A stretch of DNA of 64,000 nucleotides from Azolla caroliniana (lineage: Eukaryota > Plantae > Polypodiophyta). The notes below the pieces were generated by a model, which was given only the letters and a program-made list of their open reading frames with translations, ran no database searches and was not told where the DNA came from. A program made the translations under genes and the position numbers. The DNA is taken from assembly GCA_043228905.1 (NCBI GenBank), contig JBHGNT010000015.1, positions 16,678,001 through 16,742,000 of the forward strand. The letters run 5' to 3'. Position 1 is the first letter of the stretch. Every line of letters starts with the position of its first letter. Of the stretch, positions 26,293-39,503 are shown piece by piece.

Positions 26293-28288
26293 TAAACGTT
26301 TTTGATAATCAATTAAAGACCACTACAACATCATTGACTTAATGAAAAAAATTACATATAAACTAAACACATGATTAGATGGGAGAAGAGAGAATAAAAA
26401 GAAAAATTATGGAAAGAGTTATCGAAGTTCTATGTTGATCGTTGTCTGGATCAAGGCCAACCGCACAACGATCGATCAGCATCAATCAAAAGACAAATGA
26501 AAAACAAAGAAACATTAGTACAAAAATCTGATACCAAATATTATAGATCTAGGTACTAAAGTAAGCTTAAGATAAGGATAAAGAAATGAAAGATAGAAAG
26601 GAGAAAGAGAAAGAAGGGTGCCGATCCACCCGACCACCCCCGAGCGAAGGGATCGAGACGGACTCGAGCCTCGATCGGCGTCCCATACCACCGCCGTGGC
26701 GTCGAGTCGTACCTGGTGCTGGCGCGCTCGCTACAAGAGTTGACCCAGCACACGAGCAGAGTCTCGATGTAGTCAAAAGATGATCAAATGAGGGTAGCTA
26801 GGCCTCTTATTTATAGCGAAACCCAAGGCCCCCAGGCAAGTTCACACTTGACCTAATGGGTTGTCTCAATCCCGAGGATTAAAAGTAATCCTCCCCTTCT
26901 TTACACTCTCATTTAACCCTCACACTTATCCACGTGTATAGAATACTACGGTAAATTCTTACCACGGGATATTATGTGGTCATGCCCGTAACAGGTGCAT
27001 GTGGTCATGCCCGTAACAGGTGCATGTTGTGTGACGCGATCGGTCACATTCGGAAGGATTGTGCGGATTTCACCGACGCGCTCAGGACCAACGTGGTGTA
27101 CCTCTGGAACGGGCGGGTGCACGCGAGCGAGACCCGAAGAGCCCTAGAACTAAATACGGGGCACGGCGGAATGAAGAGGTTGATGGAAGAGGTCTCGGCA
27201 CGGCACGTTGAAGCCGTTAACTACTCAGTGTCGGCGGGAATTCGGGTCGGGGGTGATGAGTCCCGAAAGGTGAAGGACTCTGGATTTTGGCTGCTAATGC
27301 TAGAAGGCTTCTCCGGAGTTCTGCTGAAGAAGGAAGAGGTGGACCACGTGGAACAATGGGTCCAGGAGGTCACCGGATGGGACGATCCGGTCGAAGAGAA
27401 AACGGGCTTCATAGAAGCTGCTTGCCAGAACTACGAGGTTCTGGTGGAAGACAAACGGGCAGGAAAGGCCGGGGGGGTTCGTCCCCCGCAGAGGTATGAG
27501 ACCCGGTTCGTACCGAAACCGACCAGTGCCGGCAACCCAGACGCGCCGGACGGCAAGAAGGAGGTGGGGTTTCGGTTGAGCACCGAAATAGAGAGAGTAA
27601 CGGACCTACGGAAGGTCCTTGAAGAGCGGATCCTCAACAGTAAAGTGGAGTTATCGTTGTGGGAGGTGTTGGGAATCGCCAAGAGGGAGTTCTACAACTC
27701 CATCGTAGACTTGGTGAAGCGAAAGAGGCTCTCCACGGAGCCAGAACCGGAGAAGCCGGTGGAGGTGTGGACTACGCACTTAGAAGACGCGACCCTAGAA
27801 GACGAGTTGGCGGAAAGCCACTACGCGAAGCCGCATTGGGCCAGGGCAACTAAGGAAACCCCTGTGCAGATCGGCAACATTCCGGAACCGGTGGTGGCCT
27901 TGGTAGACCATGGATCCGAAATCAACTTGATGTCCATGGATTTCTACAAGAAGGGCAAATGGCCGATCAACACCAAGCACGAGTGGAAGATACGTGCGGC
28001 GACGCGTGCTACGGAGGAGCTGCATGGTGCGTGCCCAAATATACGTGTAAAGGTCGGTGATGTCGAGATAGATCAACATTTCTTCGTGCAAGAAACATCC
28101 TCACACCCGGTGATTCTCGGCGAACCATACATTACGGGAGCACGCATGGAGACGAAGGTGCTGGACAACGGTTCGACGTACGCGCACGTCAAGAGCCAGG
28201 ACGGTCGGCATTCCGTCCAATTCATGACCGTACGACCAAACCATGAGAGGAATCGTGAGACCCTCGGCGGCGGCGGCCGAGGGGATTT

Positions 28289-31200
28289 TTGGAGAGGGCT
28301 ATCAAGGCGTGGGGCCGCGGTAGTCCGGACGTACCGGAAGAACCCCACACATGTACGGTAGATAGGAAGTTTTGGTTCTCCGAAAACAGAGGTTGTACTT
28401 AACCGGCGTCAGCGGCCGGGAGAGGAAGCGAGCGGAGGAGCGGCTTAGGGGATGCGGAGTCCTCTTCCCCGACAAAGATATCGGCGGCGCCGTGGAGGCG
28501 GTCTCTTTCGATGACACCTTGGGCGAATCGCGAAAGGTGATCGATGAAGACCTTAGAGAAGACCGGACCGTTCTGGTAGGTTCAATGGGGATGTACGAAG
28601 TCATCGCGGACTTCGGGGAAAGGATCGGGTCGGATCAGACGGCCCGATTGGATACAAAGTACAAGACTATGGACCGGAAGGTGAGGCCAGTAGCGGCAAC
28701 CTTGCCGGAGGGCAACGAGAAGTGGATAAAAGGGGTCGCGTCGGACCCAAGTTTACGGAATCCGGTTGGCATAGGGCACCGGTTCACCGACATAATGCTA
28801 CGGGAGCTCAAGGTTGGTGGGGCTGGCTTTCTACTACCGGTGGAGGACGACAAGTTTCAGAAAATGCTCGGAAGGCATAGGAAAGCCTTTGCGTTCTTGC
28901 CGGAGGAGATCGGGTGCGTGGACCCGACGATCATTGAACCGATGGTGATCTTCACGGTACCGCATGTACCGTGGAATCTCAAACCGATTCCAATGCCGAG
29001 AGCTCACATCCCGAAGTTGATGGAGCTTCTGAAGCAAAAGGTGCAGATGGGCATCCTCGAACCGTCGAGTGCCCCGTATTCGAATCGGTGGTTTACGGTA
29101 CCGAAGAAGAACGACACGCTGCACTTCATTCAGGACCTCCAACCAGTCAACAAGGTGACCATCCGTAACGCAGGAATCGGACGAGTTCGCGGAGGCCTTC
29201 GCCGGAAGTTCGATTTACTCTGTCGATGATCTGTACTCGGGGTACGATTAGTTCCAACTAGCCGTGGAGAGCAGAGACATTATGACGATGCGGACTCCTC
29301 TCAGCCTAGTGCGGATGTGTACCCTGCCACAAGGAGGGACGAACTCAGTGGCTCACATGGTGAACGCGATGAACAAAGTGCTCAGGGATTGTAGCCCGGA
29401 CATCACCATGCCATTCTTAGAGGACATCCCGATCAGGGGATGCCCGGTGGAGAAAAAGGACGAGGCAATCAGGCCGAACGGATGTCAAAATTTCGTGGCG
29501 ACTCACATCGATGACTACGAGAAGGTGCTGCAGAGACTAGAAGGCGCGAGGCTCACCTTCTCCGGGGAAAAATCGGCCTTCAGGCAGTCAGAGATCATGG
29601 TCATCGGGCACCTATGCGAACCATACGGTCGGAAACCGTCACCGGCCAAGGTGGAAGCCATCTCCACGATGAAGCATGACTACAATTCGGACACGGAAGT
29701 CCGCAAATTCTTGGGGGCATGCGTGTTCTACCACATCTAGATCCCTTACTACGCACATGTCACGGAACCCCTCAACGGGCTATTGAAAAAGGGGCGTAGA
29801 TTTGAGTGGAGGACGGAGCACACGGAGTCGGTCTGGAGACTAAAGGAGGCGCTTATGGTAGCGCCAACTCTCCATAAAGCGGTTTATGGCAAGGGTGTTC
29901 CCATCTGCGTGACGGTGGACACAAGCCCGACCGGGATCGGGTGGGTAATCAGATAGGAGGATAAGCACGGCATACGATTCCCGATCTGGTTCGGGGCGAA
30001 GGTATTAAGCGAGCGGCAGCAAGGATACGCCCATGTTAAGCTCGAGCTTTGGGGTATCGTTTCGGCAGTCAAGGCCGACAAGGACTATCTGATCGGGACG
30101 GAGGTGATCATCGAGATGGACTGCCTGTCGATACTCGGCATGGTTTCCGGATGCGTGACGCCGAACCAAGCAATGCTCCGGTGGATAGCGTACATTAAGT
30201 CCCTAAACCCGGAGATACGGCACATCTCCGGAAAGGATAACGCCAAGGCCGACATGCTTTCGAGAGCAAGGTTCAACGACGAAGACGGCATGGTTTCGGA
30301 TGACGAAGAAGTCGGCGAGGACTTCTTCGGGTCGGCTAACGTAGCAACGAGGGAAAGGGACACTCTGGCACTTAACGAGTTTGACGAAAGCAGGTACGAT
30401 GGGGAGTGGCTCCAAATCGGGAGGTTCCTACGGACGATGACGCCGGACGCAACATGGACGAGAGAGGAGGTGAGCCGGGTACGGAAGAAGGCATACCGAT
30501 TCTTCCTGTGGGACAAGTGCATATGGAGGCACCCAAAGAAGAGAAACGGCATCCCACTCCGAGTAGTGACAAAGAAAGAAGAACAAGAGGAACTATTGGC
30601 GGCATTTCATGAGAGTCCCTGGGCCGGGCACTGTGGAACGTGGGCCACGTTCAAGAAGCTGAAGGAGAAGTACTGGTGCTGGGGCTGTACCAGGACGTGC
30701 ATCGGTTCGTAACGACTTGCGAAAGCTGTCAGATGCACTCCACAGTCCGACACCTGGACGAGCTACACCCGACCTACCCGCCTACGGTCCATTTCAAGTG
30801 GATGGTGGACTTGGTGACGATGTCGATGGGAGTAGGACAGATGTGATACCTGGTGCTTGCACAGGAAGACTTAACAAACCAGGTGGAAGGTCGTGCACTA
30901 CAGAACAAGACAACCGCGGGGGTATGCCGGTTCCTGTGAAACAGGCGAAGGAAAAGCTACGAGTGGCAAGGGAGCGGAACAAGACCCGGTTCAACCGGAC
31001 ACACCGGTTGCAACCGAAGAAGATCGAAGAAGGCGATTAGGTCTTGGTATATGATAGCAGCCTCGACAATCAGCACAAGGCGGTGCGAAAGTTCGCTAGG
31101 AGATGGTTCGGACCGTACACGGTCACACGTGCGAACGACAAAGGCACGTACCACCTAGCGGAACTCGACGGGACACGGTTAGCGGTACCGGTGGCCGGAA

Positions 31201-31343
31201 AGCGGATCAAGGCGTTCAAGAAGCGGTTCCAAGACGAGCCGGAGCCGGCGAGCGAGAGCAACGAAGACGATCGGTTCGGGCTCAGCGAAGAATCGAAGAG
31301 CGACGAGTGGAGCTGGTTTTCTTCGGTATCTGCCCGTCTCTAG
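28289..31343 (+). pseudogene. pol: RT-RNase H-IN ORF2 of C (disrupted, IN core deleted near 30937)
   Basis: LPQGGTNSVA, FLEDIPI, VDTSPTGIG, H..H..C..C and WFGPY motifs. Confidence 0.85.
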
Positions 31344-34111
31344 CACATGCCGGTGGATATGCGGTTTGGTGGGGGTGGATGTCGTGAAGAAAACCGGCCA
31401 CCGGCGGAATCAGACAAAAGGGCGCGTGAATCGGCTCTCGCACGGATGGGCGCGTGAATTGATATTTTGATATTGATTCATAAATGGACCGGCTGATGTA
31501 AATGCTAAGTAGTACATATTTATTAGGGGATTGTGCGTATCTCTGTCAGAAGGCACAGGGAATAAAACGATTTGACTAGGGAGAAAGGGCACCCCCTTTT
31601 GGGAACTATTTAAGGAGAGGAGAGAAGGGAGAGAAGGGCATCGCGTGTTGGGAAAGAGGAAGTGTTGCTGCAGAACGGAGTGTCGAGCTCTCTCTTCTCC
31701 TCCTCCGATCGTCGGTCTCTGTAGGTGTCGGGAGTTCGCTGTCCTACTTCGTTGACAGCCTGTGTGCTTCAAGCAGAGGTTCTCCCCCCTTTTTTATCCT
31801 GGAGTTGTGTGGCAGTCGTCTGTGTGCGTGAGTAGGACCCCGTGTCGGGCCCATTACCGGGTTACCGGTTGTAACTGTTCGAGTTGTAAGCTATTGATTT
31901 TAGTAATTGGATTCTTGTTTCTCGTTCTTAACTCTTCTCTATGTATATCTCTCTCTCTCCATCTCTCTCTCGTTGGTCCAAGACCCTCGTGGTCCCGCCT
32001 CTTTCTACACGCACACGCGTAACAACGCGACACCATACTAACACTTTGACGATCGGCCTGTGTCCGCGCTCCACCTTCCCGTTATCCTCCGGGTTGTACG
32101 CCGTGGTGAGCAAAAGTTTAATTCCTAGCCAGTCAAACAGCTCTTCTGCCTCTTGCGCTTCCAATTCCACGCGGTCGGCCACGATCTTACCTACACACCC
32201 ATACTGGCATACCACTTCTTCGATCAGAAATCTGCACACGGTTGCGGTCGTTTTGCTGTGCAACGCTAGTCCTTCCACCTGGTTCGTCAAGTCCTCCCGA
32301 GCCAACACCAAATACCGCATTTGCCTACCCCCATCGGCATTGTCGCCAGATCCACCATCCACTTGAAGTGGACGGTCGGAGGGTACGTCAAGTGAAGCTC
32401 GTCCCGATGTCGAACTATGGAATGCACCTGACAGCTTTCGCAAGTCGTCAGGAACCGATGCACATCCCGGTATAGTCCCGGCCACCAATACTTCCCCTTT
32501 AGCTTCACGAATGTGGCCCATGTCCCGCAGGGTCCGGCCCAGGGACTCTCGTGGTACGCCGTCAGCAATTCTTCTTGTTCCTCTTTCCTCGCCACCAATC
32601 GAAGTGGGATGCCGTTTCTCTTCTTCGGGTGCTTCCATATGCTCCCGTCCCGAAGGAAGAATCGGTACGCTTTCTTCTGAATCCGGTTGGCCTCTTCCTT
32701 TGTCCACACCGCGTCCGGTGTCATTGTCTTCAGGAACCCGCCGATCTAGAGCCACTCCCCGTTGTACTTGCTCTCGTCGAATTCGTTAAGCGCTGGAGTG
32801 CTCCCCTTTCCTGTTGTTATGTTAGCTGACTCGAAGAAGTCCTCGTCGACTTCTTCGTTATCCGAAACCATGCCTTCCTTGTCGCTAAACCTCACCCTTG
32901 AAAGCATATCGTCCATGGCGTTATCCTTTCCAGAGATGTGCCGTATCTCCGGGTTTATGGACTTGATGTACGCGATCCACCTGAGCATCGCCAGGTCCGG
33001 AGTCTCGCATCCGGAAACCATACCCAGAATCGGTAGGCAGTCCGTCTCGATGATCACTTCCATCCCGATCAGATAGTCCTTGTCGGCCTTAACTACCGAA
33101 ACGATACCCCATAGCTCGCGCTTGATTTGGGTGTATCCTCGCTACCGCTCGCTGAATACCTTTGCCCCGAACCGGATCGGGAACCGTACGCCGTCCTCGT
33201 CCTCCTGACTGATTACCCACCCAATCCCGGTCGGGCTTGTGTCCACCGTCACGTAGACGGGAACTTCCTTGCTGTAAACCGCTGTACGGAGAGCCGGTGT
33301 AGCAACGAGCACCTCCTTCAGTCTCCGGACCGACTCCGTGTGCTCGTCTCTCCACTCGAATTTATGCCCTTTCTTCAGCAACCCATAAAACAATTCCGCG
33401 ACATGCGCGTTGTCGAGGTATTCCTCGCGGATGCGTGGAATGAGGCGGGACCGCGGGGGTCCTGTACCGAAGAGCAAGAGAGAAAGGAGAAGAGACCCTC
33501 TACGTGCGAGCGTAGATTCACAGGGACACGGCCCTTCGACACAAAGACGCGAGTGGGACAGCGACACAGAGAGACGCGAATGTATGTATGTATATGTTAA
33601 CAAAGACAAAACAACAAGAAGCACAAAGTCGGTTACAACCGAACAGGCCGGCGAACAGATGCCGATGCCTGTTTGTAAACGCTCCGAAGGAAAGGAGTAG
33701 GTTGGAGGTGCTGCCGGAAGCACTCGGGCATTCCTCAGAGCAGCGCGAGCCTCCCGAAAACCTGCGCAGAAAGAAGCTATGGAGTATGGAAGAGAGAGAA
33801 GCCTTCGGCCGACAACCCGACAACACTTCGTCCTTTCTCTAACCGCGATCCCTTTCCTCCTCCTCGTCTCCCTCCTTTTATAGGCAAGAAGGGAGCCGTT
33901 TCCTATTAACTTCCTACCTACCGAATCTACCTACCTAGGATCTTCCATGTCCCTAATTCTCTCTTATGTACAACATAAGGCGTACGTGCATGAAGAGCCG
34001 GTTCCTATGCTCCAGTGCACCGATTCCGCTTGTGGACGGTTTTCTTCACGACATCCACCCCCACCTAACCGCGCATCCACTCGGGCATTCCTCAGAGCAG
34101 TGCGAGCCTCC

Positions 34112-37100
34112 TCGTCGTCGCGGTCCAGGTTAACCGGATCCGGCTCGTCGTCGTGACGCTTCTTGAACGCTTTGATCCTTTTCCCAGCTACCGGTATCGC
34201 CATTCTCGCGCCGTCGAGTTCCGCCAGATGGTACGTCCCGTTGTCATTGGCGCTTTGTACCACGTAAGGCCCGAACCACCTTCTTGCGAACTTCCGTGTT
34301 GCCTGGTGCTGGTTGTCGAGGTTGTTGTCATAGACTAGTACCCAGTCGCCTTCCTTGATCTTCTTCGGTCGTAGCCGGTGCGTTCGGTCAAACCGGGCTT
34401 TGTTCCTCGTCCTTGCCACCCGAAGCTTTTCCGTAGCCTGCTCTACGTCCTCCAGTCTTCGCTCGAGCTGCCTTATGCGCGCCGCCAACAGTTCCTCCAA
34501 TCCACGGTTGCCCATGAGGGGATCGTAGGATCCATCGGCATGATCGGCTTCTGCCCAAACATGAGCTCTGTCGGCATGAATCCGGTTACCGAACTGTGCG
34601 TAGTTCGGTCAGCCCACAACGCGTAAGGCAGCAGCCGCGGCCAGTTCCCGACTTGCCCCCCGCATGCCCGAACTAACGCCTTGACAATCGGTCCGTGTCC
34701 GCGTTCCACCTTCCCATTCGCCTCCGGATTGTACGCAGTGGTAAGCGAGAGCTTGACTCCTAGCCGGTCGAACAGCTCCTCGGCCTCTTCGGCGTCCAAC
34801 TCCCCGCGATCAGCCACGATCTTCCCGACGCACCCGTACCGGCATATCACGTCCTCGATCAGGAACCGACACACGACCGCGGTCGTTTTGTTTTGAAGGG
34901 CTCGGCCTTCCACCTGGTTCATCAGATCTTCCCGAGCCAGGACCAGATACCACATCTGTCCTATTCCCATCGGCATCGTCACCAGATCTACCATCCATTT
35001 GAAGTGGATGGTCGGAGGGTACGTAGGGTGAAGCTCGTCCCGATGCCGGACTATGGAGTGCATCTGACAACTCTCGCAAGTTGTCACGAACTGATGCACG
35101 TCCCGGTACAGTCCCGGCCACCAGTACTTCCCTTTCATCTTCTCGAACGTGGCCCACGTTCCACGGTGTCCAGCCCAAGGGCTGTCGTGGTAGGCCGTCA
35201 GCAGCTCCTCCTGTTCTTCCTTCATCGCCACCACCCGGAGCGGGACGTTGTGCCTCTTCTTCGGGTGCTTCCATAAGTATCCATCCCGGAGAAAGAATCG
35301 GTAAGTTTTCTTCCGGATCTGGTTGGCCTCGTCTCTCATCCACGACGCATCCGGCGTCATTGTCCTCAAGAAACCACCGATCCGCAGCCACTCGCCGTCG
35401 TACTTGCTCTCGTCGAAGCCGTTAAGTGCCAGAGTGCTCGTCCCATTGGTCGTTGCGTACGCTGCCTTGAAGAAGTCCACGCCGACTTCTTCGTCCTCCG
35501 AAACCATGCCGCCCTCGTCATCAAACCTCGCCCTCGAAAGCATGTCGGCCATGGCGTTGTCCTTTCCGGAAATGTGCCGTATTTCCGGGTCCAGGGACTT
35601 GATGTATCCACCTGAGCATCGCCAGGTCCGGTGTCGCGCATCTGGAAACCATGCCGAGAATTGGCAGGCAATCCGTCTCGATAGTCACTTCTGTCCCGAT
35701 CAGGTAGTCTTTGTCGGCCTTTACTGCCGAAACGATACCCCAGAGTTCGCGTTTAACCTGGGCGTACCCTCGTTGTCGCTCACTGAGGACCTTAGCGCCG
35801 AATCGGATCGGGAACCGAATGCCGTCCTCGTCTTCTTGGTTGACGACTCATCCGATCCCGGTTGGACTCGTATCCACCGTTATGTATACCGGGGTACCCC
35901 TTTCGTAGACAGCCTTCCGGAGCGCCGGTGCTGCCGCAAGAGCTTCCTTCAGCTTCCGGACCGACTCCGTGTGCTCGTCTCGCCACTCGAATTTTCGCCC
36001 CTTTTTCAGCAACCCGTATAGCGGCTCCGCAACGTGGGCGTAATGCGGGATCCATATGTGGTAGAACGCGCATGCCCCCAGGAACCTGCGAACTTCCGTA
36101 ACCGAGCTACAGTCGGCCTTCATCGCGGAGATGGCTTCTACTTTTGCCGGAGACGGCTTCCGGCCATATGGTTCACACAGGTGTCCGACCACTAGGATTT
36201 CTGATTGCCCGAAGGCCGATTTCTCCCCGGAGAAGGTGAGCCTTGCATCGTCTAGCCTTTGTAGCACCTTCTCGCAGTCGTCGATGTGTGTTGCCACGAA
36301 TCGCCGGCATCCGTCCGGGCCGACTGTCTCGTCCTTCTCTTCCACCGGGCACCCCTTTATCGGGATGTCGTCCAGAAATGGCATGGTGATGTCCGGGATG
36401 CAATCCCTCAGTACCTTGTTCATTGCATTCACCATGTGGGCCACCGAGTTGGTCCCTCCTTGTGGCAGGGTACACATTCGCACTAGGCCGAGGGGAATTC
36501 GCATCGTCGTAATGTCTCTGCTGTCCACAGCTAACTGGAACTGGTCGTACCCCGAGTACTGATCACCGACCGAGTAAATCGACCTTCCTGCGAAGGCCTC
36601 CGCGAACTCGTCTATGGTCGGTCCGATTCCTGCGTTCCGAATAGTCACTCTGTTGACTGGCTGCAGGTCCTGAATGAAGCGCAATGTTCCGTTTTTCTTT
36701 GGTACGGTCAACCATCGATTCGAGTATGCCGCGCTCGACGGTTCGAGAATAACCATATCGACTTTCTGCCTCAGCAGCTCCATCAACTCCGGGATGTGAG
36801 CTCTCGGTACTAGAATCGGCTTGAGATTCCACGGCACATGCGGTACCGTGAATATCACCATCGGCTCCACGATCGTCGGGTCTACGCACCCGATCTCTTC
36901 CGGTGAGAATGTGAAGGCCTTTCCGTGCCTTCCGAGCATTCTCCGAAACCGGTCTTCCCCCACCGATCTTGAGCTCCCGGAGCGTCCCGTCGGTGAAGGT
37001 GTGTCCTATGCAGGCCGGATCTTGTAAACTGGGGTCCGACGCAACCCCTCTGATTCGGGACTCGCTGCCCTCCGGTGAGGGTGCCACGACTGGCCTTACC

Positions 37101-37522
37101 TTCCGGTCCACAGTCTTGTACCTCATGCTAACTCGTGTCGTTCGATCCGACTCGAGCCCCTGACTGAAGTTCGCGATGACCTCGTACATCTCTTCGGAAC
37201 ATACCGGTATCGTCCGGTCTTCGTTAAGGTCTTCTCCGGCTACCTTCCTCAGCATCCCCAAGGTGTCGTCGAAGGAGACCGCCTCCACGGCCCCGCTGAT
37301 TTCCTCGTCCGGGCCGAGAACTCCGCACGCTCGAAGTCGCTCCTCCGCCCTTGCCCTTTCTCGACCAACGATGCCGACTATCATGCACCCTCCGTTGTTG
37401 GGGAAGCAGAATTTTCTACCTATCGTACAAGGTTTCTTCGGTTCCGGTTCTATCGTACAGCTGTGGGGTCTTTCCCGAGTGTCCAGACTGTCTCGGCCCC
37501 ACGCCTTGGCAGCCCTCTCTAA
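34112..37522 (-). pseudogene. pol: RT-RNase H-IN ORF2 of D
   Basis: ORFs 36563-37384, 35848-36963 (FLDD), 34473-35552 (IN), 33964-34515. Confidence 0.9.
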
Positions 37523-39503
37523 AAATCCTCCCGGTTCTCGCCATCGAGAGATTCGCGGTTTCGCTCGTGGTTCGGTCGCACCGTCAGAAATTGGACCGAA
37601 TGGCGCCCGTCCTGGCTTTTGACCCTCACGTAGGCCGAACCGTTGTCTAGCACCTTGGTCTCCATCCGCGTCGCCGTGATGTATAGTTCCCCTAATATGA
37701 CCGGGTGCGAGGACGTTTCCTGTACGAAGAAGTGCTGGTCAATCTTGATGTCGCCAATCTTGACTCGCACGTTCGGGCAGGCCCCGTGCAGTTCCTCGGT
37801 GGCGCGTGTCGCCGCCCATATCTTCCACCCGTGCTTGATGTTGATCGGCCACTTTCCCTTCTTCTAGAAGTCCATGGACATCAGGTTTATTTCCGAACCG
37901 TGGTCCACCAATGCCACCACCGGTTCGTGAACATCTCTGATCTTTACCGAGGTCTCCGTGGTCGCTCGGGCCCAGTGCGGCCTTGAATAGTGGCTCTCTG
38001 CCCACTCATCCTCCAGCGCCATGTCGTCGATGTGCGTCGTCCGCACCTCCACCGGTCTTTCCGGTTCCGTCTCCGTCGACAGCCTCTTCCGTTTCACCAG
38101 GTCCACAATGGAGTCGTGGAACTCCTTCTTGGCGATCCCTAGCACCTCCTGCAATGACAGCTCCACTTTGCTGTCGAGGATCCGTTCTTCTAGGACTTTT
38201 CGTAGGTCCGTAGTCCTTTCTATTTCCGTCCCCAATCGGTATCCGCCCTTCTTGGGGTTATCTTGCGAGCTGGACCCACCGGCATCGTTCCGTCGTTGCC
38301 CGAATCGGGTCTCGTACCGTTGTGAGGGCCCAGCCGCTCCGGCTTTCCCCACCCGTTTGTCTTCTACCAGAGCCTCGTAGTTTCGGCAGGCGGCTTCTAC
38401 GAATCCCGTCTTCTCCTCGACCAGATCGCTCCACCTGGTTATTTCCCGGACCCGTCTCTCAGCGCGGTCCGTTTCATCTTTCCTTAGTCGTGCGCCGGCA
38501 AGACCTTCCAGCATTGCCGACGAGAATCCGTCTTTGCCCTCCTTTCGGGCCTCGCTGCCCCCGACCCGAATGCCGGCCAATGCCGAGTAGTGGATGGCCT
38601 CCACGTATCGGGCCGCTGCCTCTTCCATCACTCTCTTCATTCCTCCTCGCCCGTCGTTTCGGTTTAGGGCCCTTCTGGTGTCGTCGGCGTGCACCTGGCC
38701 TTCCCACAGGTACACCACCCGGTTCCTCAACGCTTCTGCGAAATCGCCGCAGTCCTTCCGGATGTGGCCGACCTCGTCGCACCACATGCACCTGTTCCCT
38801 ACTGCCGGCCGTCGGTCACGAGCCAGTTCGCCGCCTTCCCTTCGAGTCTGGGCGATCTGGAGATCCTTTATCACCCGCGTCAACTCCTCCAGCGCTGCTC
38901 CTCCGGACGAGCCACTGACCATGCCGGTCGAAGCCGGACCGGTTTTCGAGCCACTCCCGGGTTTCTTCCCTTCGCCCTTGCGGTGCCGGTTCAAGCCTCC
39001 TTGCTGTGACAGAGCCCGCACCAGCCGCCCCGTTGTCAGCCCATTCTCGCCGTTTGTCGAAACGGCCACAGACTCTCTTAACCGCAGCCCAGTCGGTCGT
39101 CAGCCCGTCTTCGGTTTCCAGCAAGGAGCCGACTTGATCCCGGTCCCGCTCGTCCACCGACTTGACGAACAGTAGGACCCGGCTCGTATCCAGAACGGTT
39201 CGGTCAAGCGCCGAAAGGCGCGCAAAGCGTTCCTCGAACTCCCGGAGGAGTGCCGACGCGTTTCTTCCCTTGCTGGGGGACTCCACCCACTCCATGAAGT
39301 CTCGTTTCGAAAGCCGGAGCGCGTCGTCCAGCCCGTATTTTTCTAGGAGTCGACCTTCGAACTCCTCCCAGGTACGGCTCTCCGCCCGCACCTCGAGCAC
39401 CTCCGCATGAATGCTCGGCATCGCCACTCGAGGGAACCCGGCAAGACGCCTCTCTTTTGGAATGTCCCGCATCAGCATTTCTGCCCCGTAGGACGCCAAA
39501 TAC

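Larger units (their letters stand above)
22671..26993 (-). mobile_element. Gypsy element G (chromovirus-like RT), young, gag-less and IN-truncated
   Basis: 5' LTR 26539-26993; 3' LTR 22671-23047 (truncated, one mismatch seen); TSD GGTGC; PBS TGGTATCAGA at 26527-26536 (-). Confidence 0.92.
21777..28361 (+). pseudogene. gag-protease ORF1 of C (interrupted by G at 22671-26993)
   Basis: gag 21777-22670 resumes at CMLCDAIGHIRKDC; DHGSEIN protease. Confidence 0.85.
21104..32032 (+). mobile_element. Gypsy LTR retrotransposon C (tRNA-Trp-primed family)
   Basis: LTRs 21104-21759 and 31380-32032 (TGTCG...CGACA, about 4% diverged), PBS TGGTGAACCCGAC 21764, PPT GGTGGGGGTGGA; flanks do not form a TSD with each other. 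Confidence 0.92.

Noticed and set aside
21099-32037. TSD for element C alone
   Set aside because: AACGG and CCATA do not match at 4 or 5 bp
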